Below, piece by piece: positions 1 through 13,035 of a stretch of DNA of 64,000 nucleotides; positions within the stretch are counted from its first letter, which is position 1; each line of letters opens with the position of its first letter. Both the position numbers and the translations under genes were made by a program. Source of the stretch: Octopus sinensis (lineage: Eukaryota); assembly GCF_006345805.1 (NCBI RefSeq), contig NC_043003.1, forward strand, positions 27,900,001 to 27,964,000. The letters run 5' to 3'. The notes beneath the pieces are model-generated. The model saw only the letters and a list, made by a program, of their open reading frames with translations. It ran no database searches and had not been told where the DNA came from.

Positions 1-629
1 TAGTAGTATCATCATCATCATCATCATCTACTCTGCTGAAAAAATGTTTTGCAGCATTTCTTCTGATTTTCCATTCTGAGTTCAAATGCCACTGAGGTCA
101 ACTTTGCCTTTCACCCTTTCAGGGTCAATAGAATAAGTACCAGTTGAGCACTGAGGTCGATGTTAAGGTGTGGTATTGTATGGCAGTGAATATATAGTTG
201 TGAGCTATTGTGTGACAGTAATGTTAGAAGTATGGAATAATATGAAAGTGAAAGTATACTTTCGAGATATTCAATGTCTGAATGTAGAAGTATGGTATTA
301 TGTGGTAGGGAAGATATTGTTGTCAGTTATTATGTGGTGCTGGAGGTGGTGATATTGTGTGGGAGTGAGGAAATATCATCATCATCATCATCATCATCAT
401 CAGCAATAGCATTTTTATTGTCACTTTTCCATACTTGGATGGAGTTTATTGAAGCAGATTTTCTATGGCTGGTTGCCCTTTCTATCATCGACTCTCACCC
501 GTTTCCAAGCAAGGTAATAATTTCCCCATTGCCAGATGTGTTTGCGCAGAGAATGGGAAATCAGTGACACCTTGTGTATGACAGTGACAATCGTTTACGA
601 CTGTCACATGATGTCAAAACAAGGAGACA

Positions 630-669
<40 letters not shown>

Positions 670-904
670 CATGCATGCACATATGTGACGGGCTTCTTTC
701 AGTTTCTATTTATCAAATCCATTCAAGCAGCTTTGGTTGGTGCTGGCATATAACAGAAGACATTTCCAAAGTACCACGCAGGGGCACTGAACCCTGGGGC
801 ATATGGTTAGGAAGCAAACATCTTAGCACATAGCCATAATTGCGAGATCTTGTGTTTACTGATAACATGTCCAGCTTCTTTTCTAATCCCAACAAACATT
901 TTAA

Positions 905-1068
905 CCCTTTAGTCTGGTCCTATGTTAAAACCGACAAGATCCAACCTCTCGCACCTATCCTACAATGTCATTCTAAAAATATACAAACACATCGTTGAAA
1001 TCTTGATGCTACAAGCAATTTGAATGAAGAAGCAGTGTATTTGACTAAGAAATCTAAATGCTAAAAGG
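905..1068. mobile_element. piggyBac-like MITE (family also at 9377-9586, ~23938-24158, ~38567-38782)
   Basis: TTAA-CCCTTTAG...CTAAAAGG-TTTAA termini. Shares the internal core (cctacaatgtcatt, catcattgaaa) with the other copies. TTAA targets and CCC/GGG ends are piggyBac hallmarks. Confidence 0.55.
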
Positions 1069-1874
1069 TTTAATAATATAAAAAAACACAAAAGAGCCTA
1101 AGTATTATACCTGTGCTTAATATTATATTTTTAATATGGTTTACGTGTAGCTGTTTTGTTAAGAAATTAGCTTCCTAACTTAATAATCTTTACTTTAGAC
1201 CTATTGTGAGGTGCCTTGGACTAATGTTTTCTGTAACCTTGGGTTGACCAAAGCTTTGTGAGTGGATTGGGCAGATAGTAACTGAAATAAGCTTGAATTT
1301 GTGTATGTGTGCATGTACCACGTGTATGTTTGTGTGTATGTGTTTTTACATCACTTGGCAGTTGTATGACTGTCAAAAAAGCACTCTTGTTTGTTTCCAG
1401 TTATCATCATCATCATCATCATTTAGCATCTGCTTTCCATTGCTGGCATAGGTTTGACTGAAACTGTTAAGCTGAAGAGCTGCACCTAGATCCAGTCTGA
1501 TTTGGCATGGTTTTTATGACTGGATGCCCTTCCTAGTGCCAACTGCTCCAAGAGTGTAATGGGTGCATTTTATGTGCCATTATTTGTAAAAAAAAAAAAA
1601 AAAAAACCTGTCTGGTCATGGGGGAATATTTACCTTGCTTGGAAATAGGTGAGGGTTTTTAAAGTGGTTGTTAAACTGATGCTGATGATGATAATAATGG
1701 TAATACAAAAATATCAAGACCTTTTTTTAAAACAGTAGCCTCTTGACATTTCTCAATCCTTTGTAAAACCTCTTCACAAGAGGTTGCCACCACTTAGGTT
1801 AAGAGCTATGAGTCAAAATCTTAGCTCCAACTAGAATGTCCTGTTGTTAATAAACACTGTTTTCAATTTTTCAG

Positions 1875-2058
1875 GTCTACGATCATCGGTGATGCCATTG
1901 CTACATTGTTGGAATGGGTTGGTCATGATGTCCTACGTTTGAACCATCTTGGTGACTGGGGCACCCAGTTTGGTATGCTCATTGTCCATCTTCAAGACAA
2001 ATTCCCATCATTTGAGAAAGAGTCACCAGCAATTTCTGACCTGCAAGCATTCTACAAG
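1875..2058 (+). CDS. RARS1: Arginyl-tRNA synthetase (cytosolic) internal exon: (R)[61 protein letters not shown]
   Basis: Translation matches the class I ArgRS segment just after the HIGH motif (RSTIIG...[13 protein letters not shown]...DLQxFYK). Acceptor tttttcag at 1874, donor GTGAGA at 2059; phase 2 to 0. Confidence 0.96.
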
Positions 2059-2744
2059 GTGAGATACTGTTTCTTTCTTGATACTAGGTGCAGACGTAGG
2101 TGTGGTAAAAAGCTTGCTTATCAGCCACATGGTTTCTGGTTCAGCTCCACTGTGCAGCACCTTGGGTAAGCGTCTTCTGTAGGCTCAGGCTGACAAAGCG
2201 TGAGTGGATTTGGTAGACGGAAATTGAGAAGCCCATCACACACACACACATGTATGTAATACATGTCTATAATACAGATATATATAGGCATGAAATTGCA
2301 ATGATCTTTTGGATGTTGACTGATGAGGAATAAACTATGAATTTTCTGTTTATGCTTTTGTAATATTTCTTTTTTGTGTTTTTGTTAAATATTTGATATA
2401 CATACATGCACACATACACACAAATACACACACACACACACACCCATATTTATATATATATATATAGACGTATATATGTGTGTCTGTGTTTGACCGTCCC
2501 ATCCCTGCTTAACAACCAGTGTTGGTGTGTTTAGTCCTTGTAACCTAGCAGTTCAGCAAAACTGACTCCATTTAGCATCTGTTTTCTATGCTGGCTTGTG
2601 TTAGATGGTCTGACATTAACTGGTAAGCTGGAGAGCTGCATAAGGCTCCAGTCTGTTTTGGCTTGGTTTCTGCAGCTGGATGCCCTTCCTAATGCCAACC
2701 ACTCCATAGAATGTACGGGATGTCTTTTATGTGCCATTGGCACG

Positions 2745-4235
2745 GGTGCCTTTTACGTGTCGCCAGCACAGGTCCTTTTATGTGTCACCTGCATAGATGC
2801 CCTTTACGCGTCACCCACACGGGTGCCATTAACATGTTACCAGCATGGGTGCCTTTTATATGTCAATGGTATGGGTTCCTTTAACATGTCACCAGCACAG
2901 GTACCTTTTACATGTCAGTGGCATAGGTCCCCTTTACATGTCACCAGCACAGGTCCTTTTATGTGTCACCTGCATAGATGCCCTTTATGCGTCACCCACA
3001 CGGGTGCCTTTTACATGTCACCTGCATAGATGCCCTTTACGCATCACCCACATGGGTGCCATTAAAGTGTTATCAGCATGAGTGCCTTTTATGTGTCAAT
3101 GGTATGGGTGCCTTTAACATGTCACCAGCACATGTCAGTGACATAGGTCCCCTTTACATGTCACCAGTACAGGTCCTTTTATGTGTCACCTGCATAGATG
3201 CCCTTTACGCATCACCCACATGGGTGCCATTAACATGTTACCAGCATGGGTGCCTTTTATATGTCAGTGGCATAGGTCCCCATTACATGTCACCAGCACA
3301 GGTCTTTTTATGTGTCACCTGCATAGATGCCCTTTATGCGTCACCCACACGGGTGCCTTTTACATGTCACCAGCACAGGTCTTTTTATGTGTCACCTGCA
3401 TAGATGCCCTTTACGCATCACCCACATGGGTGCCATTAAAGTGTTATCAGCATGAGTGCCTTTTATATGTCAATGGTATGGGTTCCTTTAACATGTCACC
3501 AGCACAGGTACCTTTTACATGTCAGTGGCATAGGTCCCCTTTACATGTCACCAGCAAGGTCCTTTTATGTGTCACCTGCATAGATGCCCTTTACACATCA
3601 CCCACATGGGTGCCATTAAAGTGTTATCAGCATGAGTGCCTTTTATATGTCAATGGTATGGGTTCCTTTAACATGTCACCAGCACAGGTACCTTTTACAT
3701 GTCAGTGGCATAGGTCCCCTTTACATGTCACCAGCAAGGTCCTTTTATGTGTCACCTGCATAGATGCCCTTTACGCATCACCCACATGGGTGCCATTAAC
3801 ATGTTACCAGCATGAATGCCTTTTATGTGTCAATGGTATGAGTTCCTTTAACGTGTCACCAGCACAGGTACCTTTTACATGTCACCAGCTCAGGTCTTTT
3901 TATGTGTCACCTGCATAGATGCCCTTTACGCGTCACCCACATGGGTGCCATTAACATGTTACCAGCAATGGTATGGGTGCCTTTAACATGTCACCAGCAC
4001 AGGTACCTTTTACATGTCAGTGGCATAGGTCCCCTTTACATGTCACCAGCACAGGTCCTTTTATGTGTCACCTGCATAGATGCCCTTTACGCGTCACCCA
4101 CACGGGTGCCATTAACATGTTACCAGCATGGGTGCCTTTTATGTGTCAATGGTATGGGTACCTTTAACATGTCACTGGTATGAGAGCCACTCACATGTCA
4201 CTGGCATGGGTACCTTTTACCTGTCACTAGCATGG
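2745..4235 (+). repeat. Minisatellite: ~26-bp monomer organised in 7-mer (180-181 bp) higher-order repeats
   Basis: Seven monomer variants (e.g. ggtccttttatgtgtcacctgcata, gatgccctttacgcgtcacccacacg, ggtgccattaacatgttaccagcatg) recur in order. Periods 2771 to 2952 = 181 and 3421 to 3601 = 180. Confidence 0.9.
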
Positions 4236-4282
4236 GTGTCTTTTATATTTTTTAATTTTCTGAAACCATTTTTTTTTTGTAG

Positions 4283-4412
4283 GAATCTAAAGTGCGGTTT
4301 GATAATGAACCTGAGTTTAAAAAACGTGCTTATGAGGCTGTCGTGAAGCTGCAGAGTTATGATCCACTTCATCTTGATGCATGGAAGAAAATCTGTGTCA
4401 TTTCTCGCCAAG
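4283..4412 (+). CDS. RARS1: ArgRS exon: [43 protein letters not shown]
   Basis: Matches the ArgRS ESKKRFD..EFKKRAY..VV.LQ..W..IC.VSR segment. Acceptor ttttttgtag, donor GTACGC at 4413; phase 0 to 1, compatible with both neighbours. Confidence 0.95.
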
Positions 4413-4642
4413 GTACGCAATCATCTCTTAAGTGCATCCTGTACTGTCTTGATTGTTTCTCATGTGTATATGTTTGAATTGCATCAGTTGTAAAAGATTG
4501 CATCTTTTCACTTATTAACTGGAAAAATTTAGTAATATATGGACTTATAAGGGCATAAAAAAAACCCCTCTGCATGACGGGCCAAACTGCTAGAACAGCC
4601 AGGTCTCTCTTAAATCACATTGTCATCATCACCACCACCACA

Positions 4643-4684
<42 letters not shown>

Positions 4685-4925
4685 GGTGGTGAACTGGCAG
4701 AATCATTAGCATGCCGGGCAAAATGCTTAGTGGTTTTCTGCTCATCGTTATGTTCTATGTTCAATTTCCACACAGCCACTCCTGCGTCTATTTGCGTTTT
4801 GTTTGTTTCTAGTTATGAACATCATACTTTAGTTTTTAATTAAGCTTTTTAGCATTGGAATTCTTGGGTCACATGTTTTGTGTGTACTGTTGCGCCAAAT
4901 TTAGTACTCTGTTTTCCCTTTTCAG

Positions 4926-5030
4926 AATTTGAGAAAATCTACTCAGCCCTCAACATTAAAATTGTGGATCGGGGAGAATCTTTCTACCAAGACAGAATGC
5001 TAAAGCTTGTCTCTCAGTTGCAGTCTTCAG
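4926..5030 (+). CDS. RARS1: ArgRS exon: (E)FEKIYSALNIKIVDRGESFYQDRMLKLVSQLQSS
   Basis: Conserved RGESFYQ motif. Acceptor ttttcag, donor GTAATA at 5031; phase 1 to 1. Confidence 0.95.
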
Positions 5031-5103
5031 GTAATAGCAATTCATATTTTGCCTTTTTTCTAATTCATGTATATCTATATATATATACTCATATGCAGAT
5101 ACC

Positions 5104-5140
<37 letters not shown>

Positions 5141-5153
5141 GTCTGTACATGTA

Positions 5154-5664
5154 CCGTAAATCCTCGAGTATAATCCGCATTTTTTTTCCCAAAATTTAAA
5201 GATCAAAATCCCTAGTGCATACTATATACGAGGTTTAAAATGAAAATTATTTTCTAAGCAATGTCTGAGTCTCTATTTGCTGTCCGGCAATGTTTATTCA
5301 GATGCATTTTGTGATGTCGGGTACAAAAATACCTTAAGCTAAGCCTGAAAGCAATGAAGTCATAAAAGAATCATCCGTAACTTGCAGTAAGCAACATTTA
5401 TTAAATGTTATTACTGTTATTTCTTTATTTTCTGCAAACAAAATGCACAAAAAAGCTACATGTTTGCATTATGTTATATATACAATAATAATAAAGGACG
5501 TTACCGTATACAATTTTTACAAACCAAGGATGTTATATAGATCTCCTTGACTCAAATTAGAGAAGGGGTGCGTATAAACACAAGGTTTAGGTTTTTCAGA
5601 GGTACAGCCCCCTAAAACCCCTCTGTATTATACTCAAGAGCGGACTATACCCGAAGATTTACGG
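5154..5664. mobile_element. Tc1/mariner-superfamily MITE (CCGTA-type ends, Tc2/pogo-like)
   Basis: TIR ccgtaaatcctcgagtataatccgc / gcggactatacccgaagatttacgg, TA on both sides (5152-53, 5665-66); no ORF. Confidence 0.8.
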
Positions 5665-5764
5665 TATGTAGATATTTGTTTCCCCAGCTAAATGCAGTCT
5701 TCCTTGTAGCTCATGTATATTTGTTTATATGCTAGTATGTAGATATCTGTGTGTGTTTGTGTGT

Positions 5765-6130
5765 TTATTCTTATATTCTTTTAATTGTTTTAGTCATTTG
5801 AACCTAGGACTTATTCTTTGTAAGCCTGATACTTATTTTATCAGTCTCTTTTGCTGAACCGCTAAGTTGTGGGGATGTAAACACACCAGCATCGGTTGTG
5901 AAGTGATGTTAGGGGGACAAACACAGACACACAAACATATACACACACATATATATATATATATGTATATATATATGATGGTCTTCCTTCAGTTTCCATC
6001 TACCAAATCCACTACAAGGCTTTGGTGGCCCAAGGCTATAGAAGAAGACACTTGCTCAAGGTGTCATGCGGTGAGACTGGATCCAGAGCCCTGTGGTTGG
6101 TAAGCCAGCTACTTAGCACACAGTCACTCC
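5765..6130 (-). mobile_element. tRNA-derived SINE family B (central TA/TG microsatellite)
   Basis: Reverse complement of the repeat at 19917 and 37765. Confidence 0.75.
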
Positions 6131-6138
6131 TGCACCTA

Positions 6139-6197
<59 letters not shown>

Positions 6198-6480
6198 TTT
6201 CTATGTATGTATATGTATGTAGATATATATATATAGGTTTCTATGTATGTATATGTATGTAGATATTTGTGTTCCAAGGTAAAAGCAATAAATAATTTGT
6301 CTTTTTGTCTAGTTTATGTAAGCAAAGGCATAAAAGCTTGCTTTCCAACCACATGGTTCTGGGTTCAGTCCCACTGTATTGCAGCTTGGGAATGTATTTT
6401 CTAATATAGCTTTGGGATGACCAAATCTTTGTATGTGGATTTAGTTGAAGGAAATAGAAAGAAGCCTGTTGTGTATATAT

Positions 6481-7830
6481 ATATATTTAAATAAAAGCAA
6501 GTTGTCTGTATGTCCCAAGTTGCTGTCTACACCCGTAAATGAATTTTTGTGAAACTTTGCAAACATGCTAAAGTAACGTCCAGTTTGTTACTAAGTTCAT
6601 TGAATTGTAGTAAAAATCTATAATTGGATGGATAGGGCCCCTGGTACGGATCCACATATATCTACTACATATGTGGGAGATTCTGTCTGTGGGTGTGTTT
6701 GTGGAGTTGTTAGCTAACTCCTCCGACATCGTTTTATCACTTTTGATGGAACCTGACACATGAGTAGAACACATGTCTGAAAACCTCATTGCATACTCAG
6801 AATTTTGAAAAAGAATCGATAATAGAGGCCCCAGAAGGGATCCTTATATATATCTAATATATTTTATTTTAAAAACCAAGGGAAATAACTCATTCGCCCC
6901 TGGAAGGCATCCTTATATATATAGCGAAGGGAAATAACCCACCCATTTTCCTAAATTATTTGGTAAAAATGAAATTGAGTTTGCTTATTTCTTAGTATTT
7001 GAACTGTTAGATTTATTTTTGCAATTTATCCATTACAACCCTTAAACAAGTAAATAGTATTTTTTAAACAATAAATCCACTTATTTCAGTTAGTGACTTA
7101 TTCACGAATATACCAAGACTAGTGCCCCTGAGGGTAATATTCTTTGGGAATGCACAAAAGCCCTTTCCAGAGTTATTTATTTTGAATTGTTATTATCTCA
7201 TATCTGATTAGCCTGTTATTATGTAACATGCTTCACGATTTTAGTATACATGCACGATTAGTATTTCCTCCTAAGTTCTATATACTCTGGGAAAGGATTA
7301 AAGCCCTTTTTGGGGTACTTTATTTGAATTCTTACTATCGGGTAACTAATTTCATGTAATTATATAACTGACTTCACAATTTGGGTATTCATAACTTATT
7401 GGGAATTCCTAAAAACAAGATCCTGTCTAAGACAATTCAGTATTCTTTATGAATGCACAAAAACCATTTTAAGGGCTACATACTTTGTATTGTTGTTATT
7501 GGATTAGTGAAACAATTATGAGAACAGAACCAAGGGTTAAGCCCCACTTTCCTGGGAATTACAGACTACGTCAGTAACATATTTTATTTTAACATCCAAG
7601 AGAAATAACCCATTCATTTTCCTAGCCAAGGGAAATAACCCATCCATTTTCCTATATTATTTGTTATAAATCAAGTTGAGTATATTTATTTCTTAATATT
7701 TGAACTGTTAGAGTTATTTTCACAATTTATCCAGTACAGCCCTTAAACAAGTAAATAGTATTATCATAAACAATAGATCCAATTATTTCAGTTAGTGACT
7801 TATTCACAAATATACCATGAATGACGATGC
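6481..7830 (+). mobile_element. Helitron-like non-autonomous element with internal duplication
   Basis: 5' end ..tataaaagcaagttgtctgt resembles the elements at 12784/13036 and contains agggaaataac motifs. Inserted at the (TA)n of a SINE-B head. 3' CTAG end not identified. Confidence 0.45.
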
Positions 7831-8013
7831 CTTTCATAACACTTTAGCCATTAAAGATAGGTGGAATATTTTGGCCAGATTTGGCCAGTTTAAATGTTAA
7901 AAGCTTAAACACATTTAAATATTATTTAAAAATTATTGATTTTCAAGCCTCTGCTACAACACTTAATATTTTCTTATCTCACTAAAATACATGTATTACC
8001 CTTTTATATCCAG

Positions 8014-8192
8014 ATAAACTTGTGTCTGAAGAAGGCATGAAAGTGATTTTTACTCCAAATCAGAAGGTTCCATTGATTGTTGTAAAATCTGATGGTGGTT
8101 TTACCTATGACACTTCCGACTTAGCTGCCATTAAACAGAGATTGTTTGAGGAGAAAGGCAATTGGTTGATTTATGTTACTGATGCTGGACAG
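8014..8192 (+). CDS. RARS1: ArgRS exon: (D)[59 protein letters not shown]
   Basis: Conserved [25 protein letters not shown] motif. Acceptor tatatccag, donor GTGTGT at 8193; phase 1 to 0. Confidence 0.96.
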
Positions 8193-8289
8193 GTGTGTGT
8201 TATCAGTCTTAATATTTCATTACATTCATTATTTGTGGAATCCACCATGTATATATGTGTTTGTTTGTGTGTGTGTGTGTATGCATATA

Positions 8290-8518
8290 TTTCTTTACTA
8301 CCCACAAGGGGCTAAACACAGAGGGGACAAACAAGGACAGACAAACTGATTAAGTTGATCATATCGACCCCCAGTGCGTAACTGGTACTTTAATTTATCG
8401 ACCCCAAAAGGATGAAAGGCAAAGTCGACCATGGCGGAATTTGAACTCAGAACGTAACAGCAGACGAAATACGGCTACGCATTTCGCCCGGCGTGCTAAC
8501 GTTTCTGCCAGCTTGCCG
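8290..8518 (-). mobile_element. tRNA-derived SINE family A
   Basis: Reverse complement of ggcggcgagctggcagaaacgttagc...gagttcaaattccgccgagg...aataaagaaat (B-box GAGTTCAAATT). Confidence 0.8.
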
Positions 8519-8840
8519 CGTGTGTGTATGCATATGTACATATGTATGTACGTGTGTATGTGCAGAGAAAGATAAATGTAATCACAGTATATTGCATTGA
8601 AAACTTATCTCTGCAAAATTTCATGAATAAAAACAAAATGTATATTTTTTAGGAAAATTATGAGTCACTCATCTTGCACTTCTAATGTTAGTTAATTCTC
8701 TCTCTCTTATTCCTCCCGCCTTTTTATATGATATAAAATGTGACCAGAACACTAAACCAATCAACCAATAATTTATATCTGCAATTTTTATATAGAAATA
8801 ATTTGTTTATATTACCATTATTTAGAGTTACTTAGATGTG

Positions 8841-9195
8841 AAGGTGCATGGCTCAGTGGTTAGAGCATCAGGCTCACAATCATGAGGTAGTGAGTTCAAT
8901 TCCTGGATTGGGCTGTGTGTTGTGTTCTTGAGCAAGGCTCTATTTCTTGAGCAAGGCTCTATTTCTTGAGCAAGGCTCCAATTCACTCAGCTGTAGAAAG
9001 AAGTTGTGACGTCACTGGTGCCAAGCTGTATCAGCCTTTGCCTTTCCCTTGGATAACATTGGTGGCATGGAGAGGGGATGCTGGATGCATGAGTGACTGC
9101 TGGTCTTCTACAAAAACAAAAACCAAATTTGCTTGGACTTGTGCTTTGGATGGTGACTTTCTAGGTGCAATCCTATGGTTATTCATTAGGAGTTA
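8841..9195 (+). mobile_element. tRNA-headed SINE (related copy on - at ~48945-49260); contains 19-bp triplication
   Basis: A box tggctcagtggttag, B box gagttcaattcc. Body tatcagcctttgcctttcccttggataa is shared with 49070-49110. tcttgagcaaggctctatt occurs about 3 times. Confidence 0.7.
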
Positions 9196-9376
9196 GATGA
9201 AAAAAAAATTATAAAAAGCAGGTTATCATTGTCATTGTTTTAATTCTCATTTTTCCATGCTTGTGTGGGTCAGACAGAATTCCATAAGATTGGGGCTCTT
9301 GTAGAAAGCACTTACTTATGGTGCTGCTCAGTGGGACTGAACCCAAAACCATGCGGTTGTGAAGTGAACATCTTAA

Positions 9377-9586
9377 CTCTAGCATTTAAACCTACTATCC
9401 GGCCCAAATATTCTGTCTGTTTTATGTTCAAACTGGCCAGATTTGGCATATCACACCTACCCTACAATGCCATTTGATGAATAAACAATCACATCATTGA
9501 AACCTCAAAGCTATGAGATGGTACATGATTAATTCAAAATAATGTGAATAAGCATTACATTTAACAGTAATATGAACACTAAAAGG
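9377..9586. mobile_element. piggyBac-like MITE, same family
   Basis: TTAA on both sides (9373-9376, 9587-9590); right end ctaaaagg. Confidence 0.55.
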
Positions 9587-9663
9587 TTAAACACAGCCAT
9601 TCTTACACCTGTTATGACCACCTTTTCTCCTCTGTTATCACCTGATCTCTCTCATTTTTACAG

Positions 9664-9773
9664 TCTACTCACTTTACCACACTCTTTGAAGCAGCTGAGA
9701 TGCTGGGATGGTATGACAAATCCGTGGTTCGTTGTCAACATGTTGGTTTTGGTGTTGTCCTTGGTGAAGACAA
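9664..9773 (+). CDS. RARS1: ArgRS exon: [36 protein letters not shown](K)
   Basis: Conserved HF..F.AA...GW...[12 protein letters not shown] segment preceding the KMSKS-equivalent KFKTR. Acceptor tttttacag, donor GTAAGC at 9774; phase 0 to 2. Confidence 0.95.
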
Positions 9774-10029
9774 GTAAGCGATTTTCTTTAAAATTCTGTC
9801 ATTCATTCAGTTTTTTAAAAATCAAATCAAAAACATGGTTTTTCTCTGCTTTCTTTTATTATATTTTTACTACTTTAAAAAAAAATGATTTTATCAATTA
9901 ATTTTGGGTACCATGAGTTGCCAAATATTTAAAATTATTATTATTATTATTATTAGCTATATTAAATCTCTGAACGAGAGGTAAATAGTAACAGTCCAGA
10001 ATTGTAAAATATATTTGCCAACTAAATGT

Positions 10030-11400
10030 GGTAGTTCCATAGAGGATTATGTTACTGTTGTCCTTTGCCCCAGGAAGATATCTTCTCTAGCTGGCCAATG
10101 CACACTGTCTGTGTCTGATTAGTATTTGCGAGGGGGTGGGGTCATTGCTCCTATCTCTAGCCTTACGCGATACACACAGACCTGGGTTTCTGAGTCGTTA
10201 CCCGTCTTCAGTGTGTGATAATTAACAGCTAGTGATGAAAACTCATTCCACTTGCAAAACACTATATGCTTTTCCCGGCAACAAACTGTCGCTGATCTTG
10301 AAAAAGGAGAAATAAGCTATATTAAATCTCTGAGTGAGAGGTAAACAGTAACAGTATGGAATCGTAAAATATATTTGCCAACTGGTTTGGAAATCCATCT
10401 ACTGTTAATACTCACTCTGTATTGGACTTGAGATGCTGTCCTTCCTGATTTGCTGGTGCCCACTTGAGCTGACACACCTGCAGAAATATTTAGATGCTGC
10501 ATTTGTATCAACAATGATGTTAAAAATAAGGGTAAACTGGTGTGGACATCTTTTGTGTGCCATGTCTTTCTGAAGCTCGTTTCCTTGACCACGATGCTGT
10601 CATGGGTCAAGCAGAGACCAATGTTAGGCATTTGTCATCTAGAATGTTGCTAGGCTCTCACAGCATTGTAGCAGCTGGACAAAGCTCTGAGCAAGAAAAC
10701 AATTCAAGATTTCTGTTGGGGGTTAGTTGAGAGTATGAGCATCAATGACCTGGTATTCACTCTGAGCATCAGCGAGAATCTGAGTGGTATCTTCTGGAGG
10801 GCTTTCAAGTCAGAGATTATGGACAACTTCAAAAGTCCTTGGCATGGTAGTGCTACAGGTATAAGGTGGCGATATTGGTGCATTACCTGTTTGTGACAAG
10901 CTCTTCAGGCACGGAAGTGCTAACAGCTGAACTTGCCCAAGGTGTTTGCAGGAGGATGAAACTGTCCGGCATGCAGTTGTCCAGTGTCTGCATTAACTAC
11001 TTGTGGGGCTGTCTCATGTAAGACGATCCAGCTGCTCACCTAGGGTATAGTGAATACTGATGCACCACCTTCATTTGGCAGAGAAGGGAGGCTGATCTTT
11101 CTCGGCTCAGTGGCTGTAGTGGACCCATCTTGAAGGTTTGAAGGCTAGTAATTTCCTATGTGGCCACGCTCTCATCAATTTCTTTAAGTATTGGTTGAAG
11201 AGAAAGATGAGGGTAGAGAAGGAGGTGCTGCCTTCTAGTGTGTTTATCAAAAGGTGGATGAGAGTTGCAAGATTGGTGAGGATGAATGGGCCTTTGAGTA
11301 CGCTCTTCCAAAAAGGAGGTAAGAAACTGGAAAAAGGAACTTCTCATGCCTTTGAAACAGCAGAGTAATCTAAACTTTTTGTGAGGGCTTTTCTCAATTT
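10030..11400 (-). mobile_element. Degenerate LINE (CR1/L2/Jockey-type) reverse-transcriptase 3' relic
   Basis: Broken minus-strand frames resemble RT C-terminal motifs (QSFVQLLQCCESL ~ RPxLEYCxxxW; ILYGTTTFSWQI ~ LLFG tail). Many stops and frameshifts. Confidence 0.45.
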
Positions 11401-12783
11401 ACCCGAGGTGGACTGCCTTGCTTTTCGGAATTCTACTTATTTATTTATTTATTTATTTATTTTTTGAATTCTATTTTTATATCCTTTATTATATCCTTGT
11501 TGTTGTTGTTGTTGTTTCCCTTGTTTCCCCTTTTGATTGATGCAAACCTTGCCTTTTTGTATGCTGTGTGTAGCCCTATTTTGATGTAGTCCTCAATGTC
11601 TTGTGCCCTTGTGGCCAATAAAGAAATCATTATCATCATCAGCAGCATCATTTATCCATCATTTGAGATATACCTCAAGAATTTCCTTTCTTACATGAAA
11701 ATAGGTTCGGTACACCTTGGAAAACATACCTAAAAATATTCCAGATTGGAAAAAGTTGTGTGAGAATGATGCAAGAATATTTTCAGGTTCTAGTTTTGTT
11801 TCTTTCTTTGAACGTGCACATGGTTATCTTCAGTGGTAATTTCTCAATATCTTCATAGTGGCTGTCTTAACTATGACAATCTCTTCACTCCCATAAATAA
11901 CAATATTTACAAATTATAGCACTTCTCTTTTCATAGAACATGGTTGTATTTATTCCTATTGGTATTATATCAGTATATTTACAGAAGTGATTATGTGTAA
12001 TTCTGATTACAAAAGTACTAATTCTGGATTAAGAGAGCCCTTAGTTTTGTTTCTGTTGAGGACATGATGGTCTCTCATCTGGTACAATGAAATGCACTCA
12101 GTACATTTTGTAAATACTCCTCCTTCTCTTCATCGTTGTTTAAACATCCATTTTTCCATGCTTGCATGGGTCACATGGAATTTTTACTGAGGCAGATTTT
12201 CTAGGGCCGGGTGCCCTTGTTTCCAACCCTCTCACTTGTTTCCAAAGTAATAATCCCCCATGACCAGATGCGTTTCTATGGAAGATGAACAAAGGACACT
12301 GCTTCCATGACAGTAACATTTGCTTACAACTATCATTCAATGTCAAAGCAAGAAGAATAGTAACACCCCTACACATGTGCCCCCTACATTTGATGGGGTT
12401 CTTTAATTTCTATCTGCCAAATGTACTCACCAGGCTTCGGGTAACCCAGTGCTGTAGCAGAAGACATCCAAGGTGCCATGCAGTGAGATTGAACCTAGAA
12501 CCATGTGGTTGGGAAGCACACCTCGTAGTCACACAGCCATGCCCAACACCTATAAAATGATTGATAAAGGAATGAAAGCAGTGTAGGGATTAACCCATCA
12601 TGGGCTGGTGGGGTTGGAATTACACAAAAGACCATTGGGGTCCCCTTTTATTTTTGCGCATTTCCGTACTATCCATAAAGTAACATTTGTTTAATCTTGT
12701 ATATATGTGTGAGTGCATGATACAGAAGAAGAAATTTAGCACTTTTTAAAAATATTTTTTTAAACTATACATACAACACTAAA

Positions 12784-13035
12784 TCTCTCTATATATAAAG
12801 CTGAAGTTGTCTGTGTATGGCAGGTTTGGTAGTCTTCAACTAACACTATCTCCTCTGAGACCCTGCAGTGCAAGTTGACCAAAATTGAGAGTATGATGGA
12901 AGAAGGCATTTTTCAACCAGAAAAATGTTCACTTAAAGAGAATAACTAGCTACATAATGCAAAATTTTTACTTTTCAAAAATTCCAATTCTAAAGGGTCG
13001 AAACAAACCCGAGCCACGCCTGGCGATACTGCTAG
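12784..13035 (+). mobile_element. Helitron-like non-autonomous element 1
   Basis: 5' TC(TC)TATATATAAAG, 3' gagccacgcctggcgatactgCTAG, preceded by A and followed by T. 5' part nearly identical to the minus copy at 16925-17206. Confidence 0.7.

Noticed and set aside
2598-4346. Overlapping 60-245 aa ORFs, and CRISPR-like periodicity
   Set aside because: 26-bp tandem monomers with no unique spacers; eukaryotic context; ORFs are repeat artefacts.
12721-12760. tacag-aagaagaaattt as the missing RARS KKFKTR exon
   Set aside because: Wrong phase and translation (no KTRSG), with early stops.
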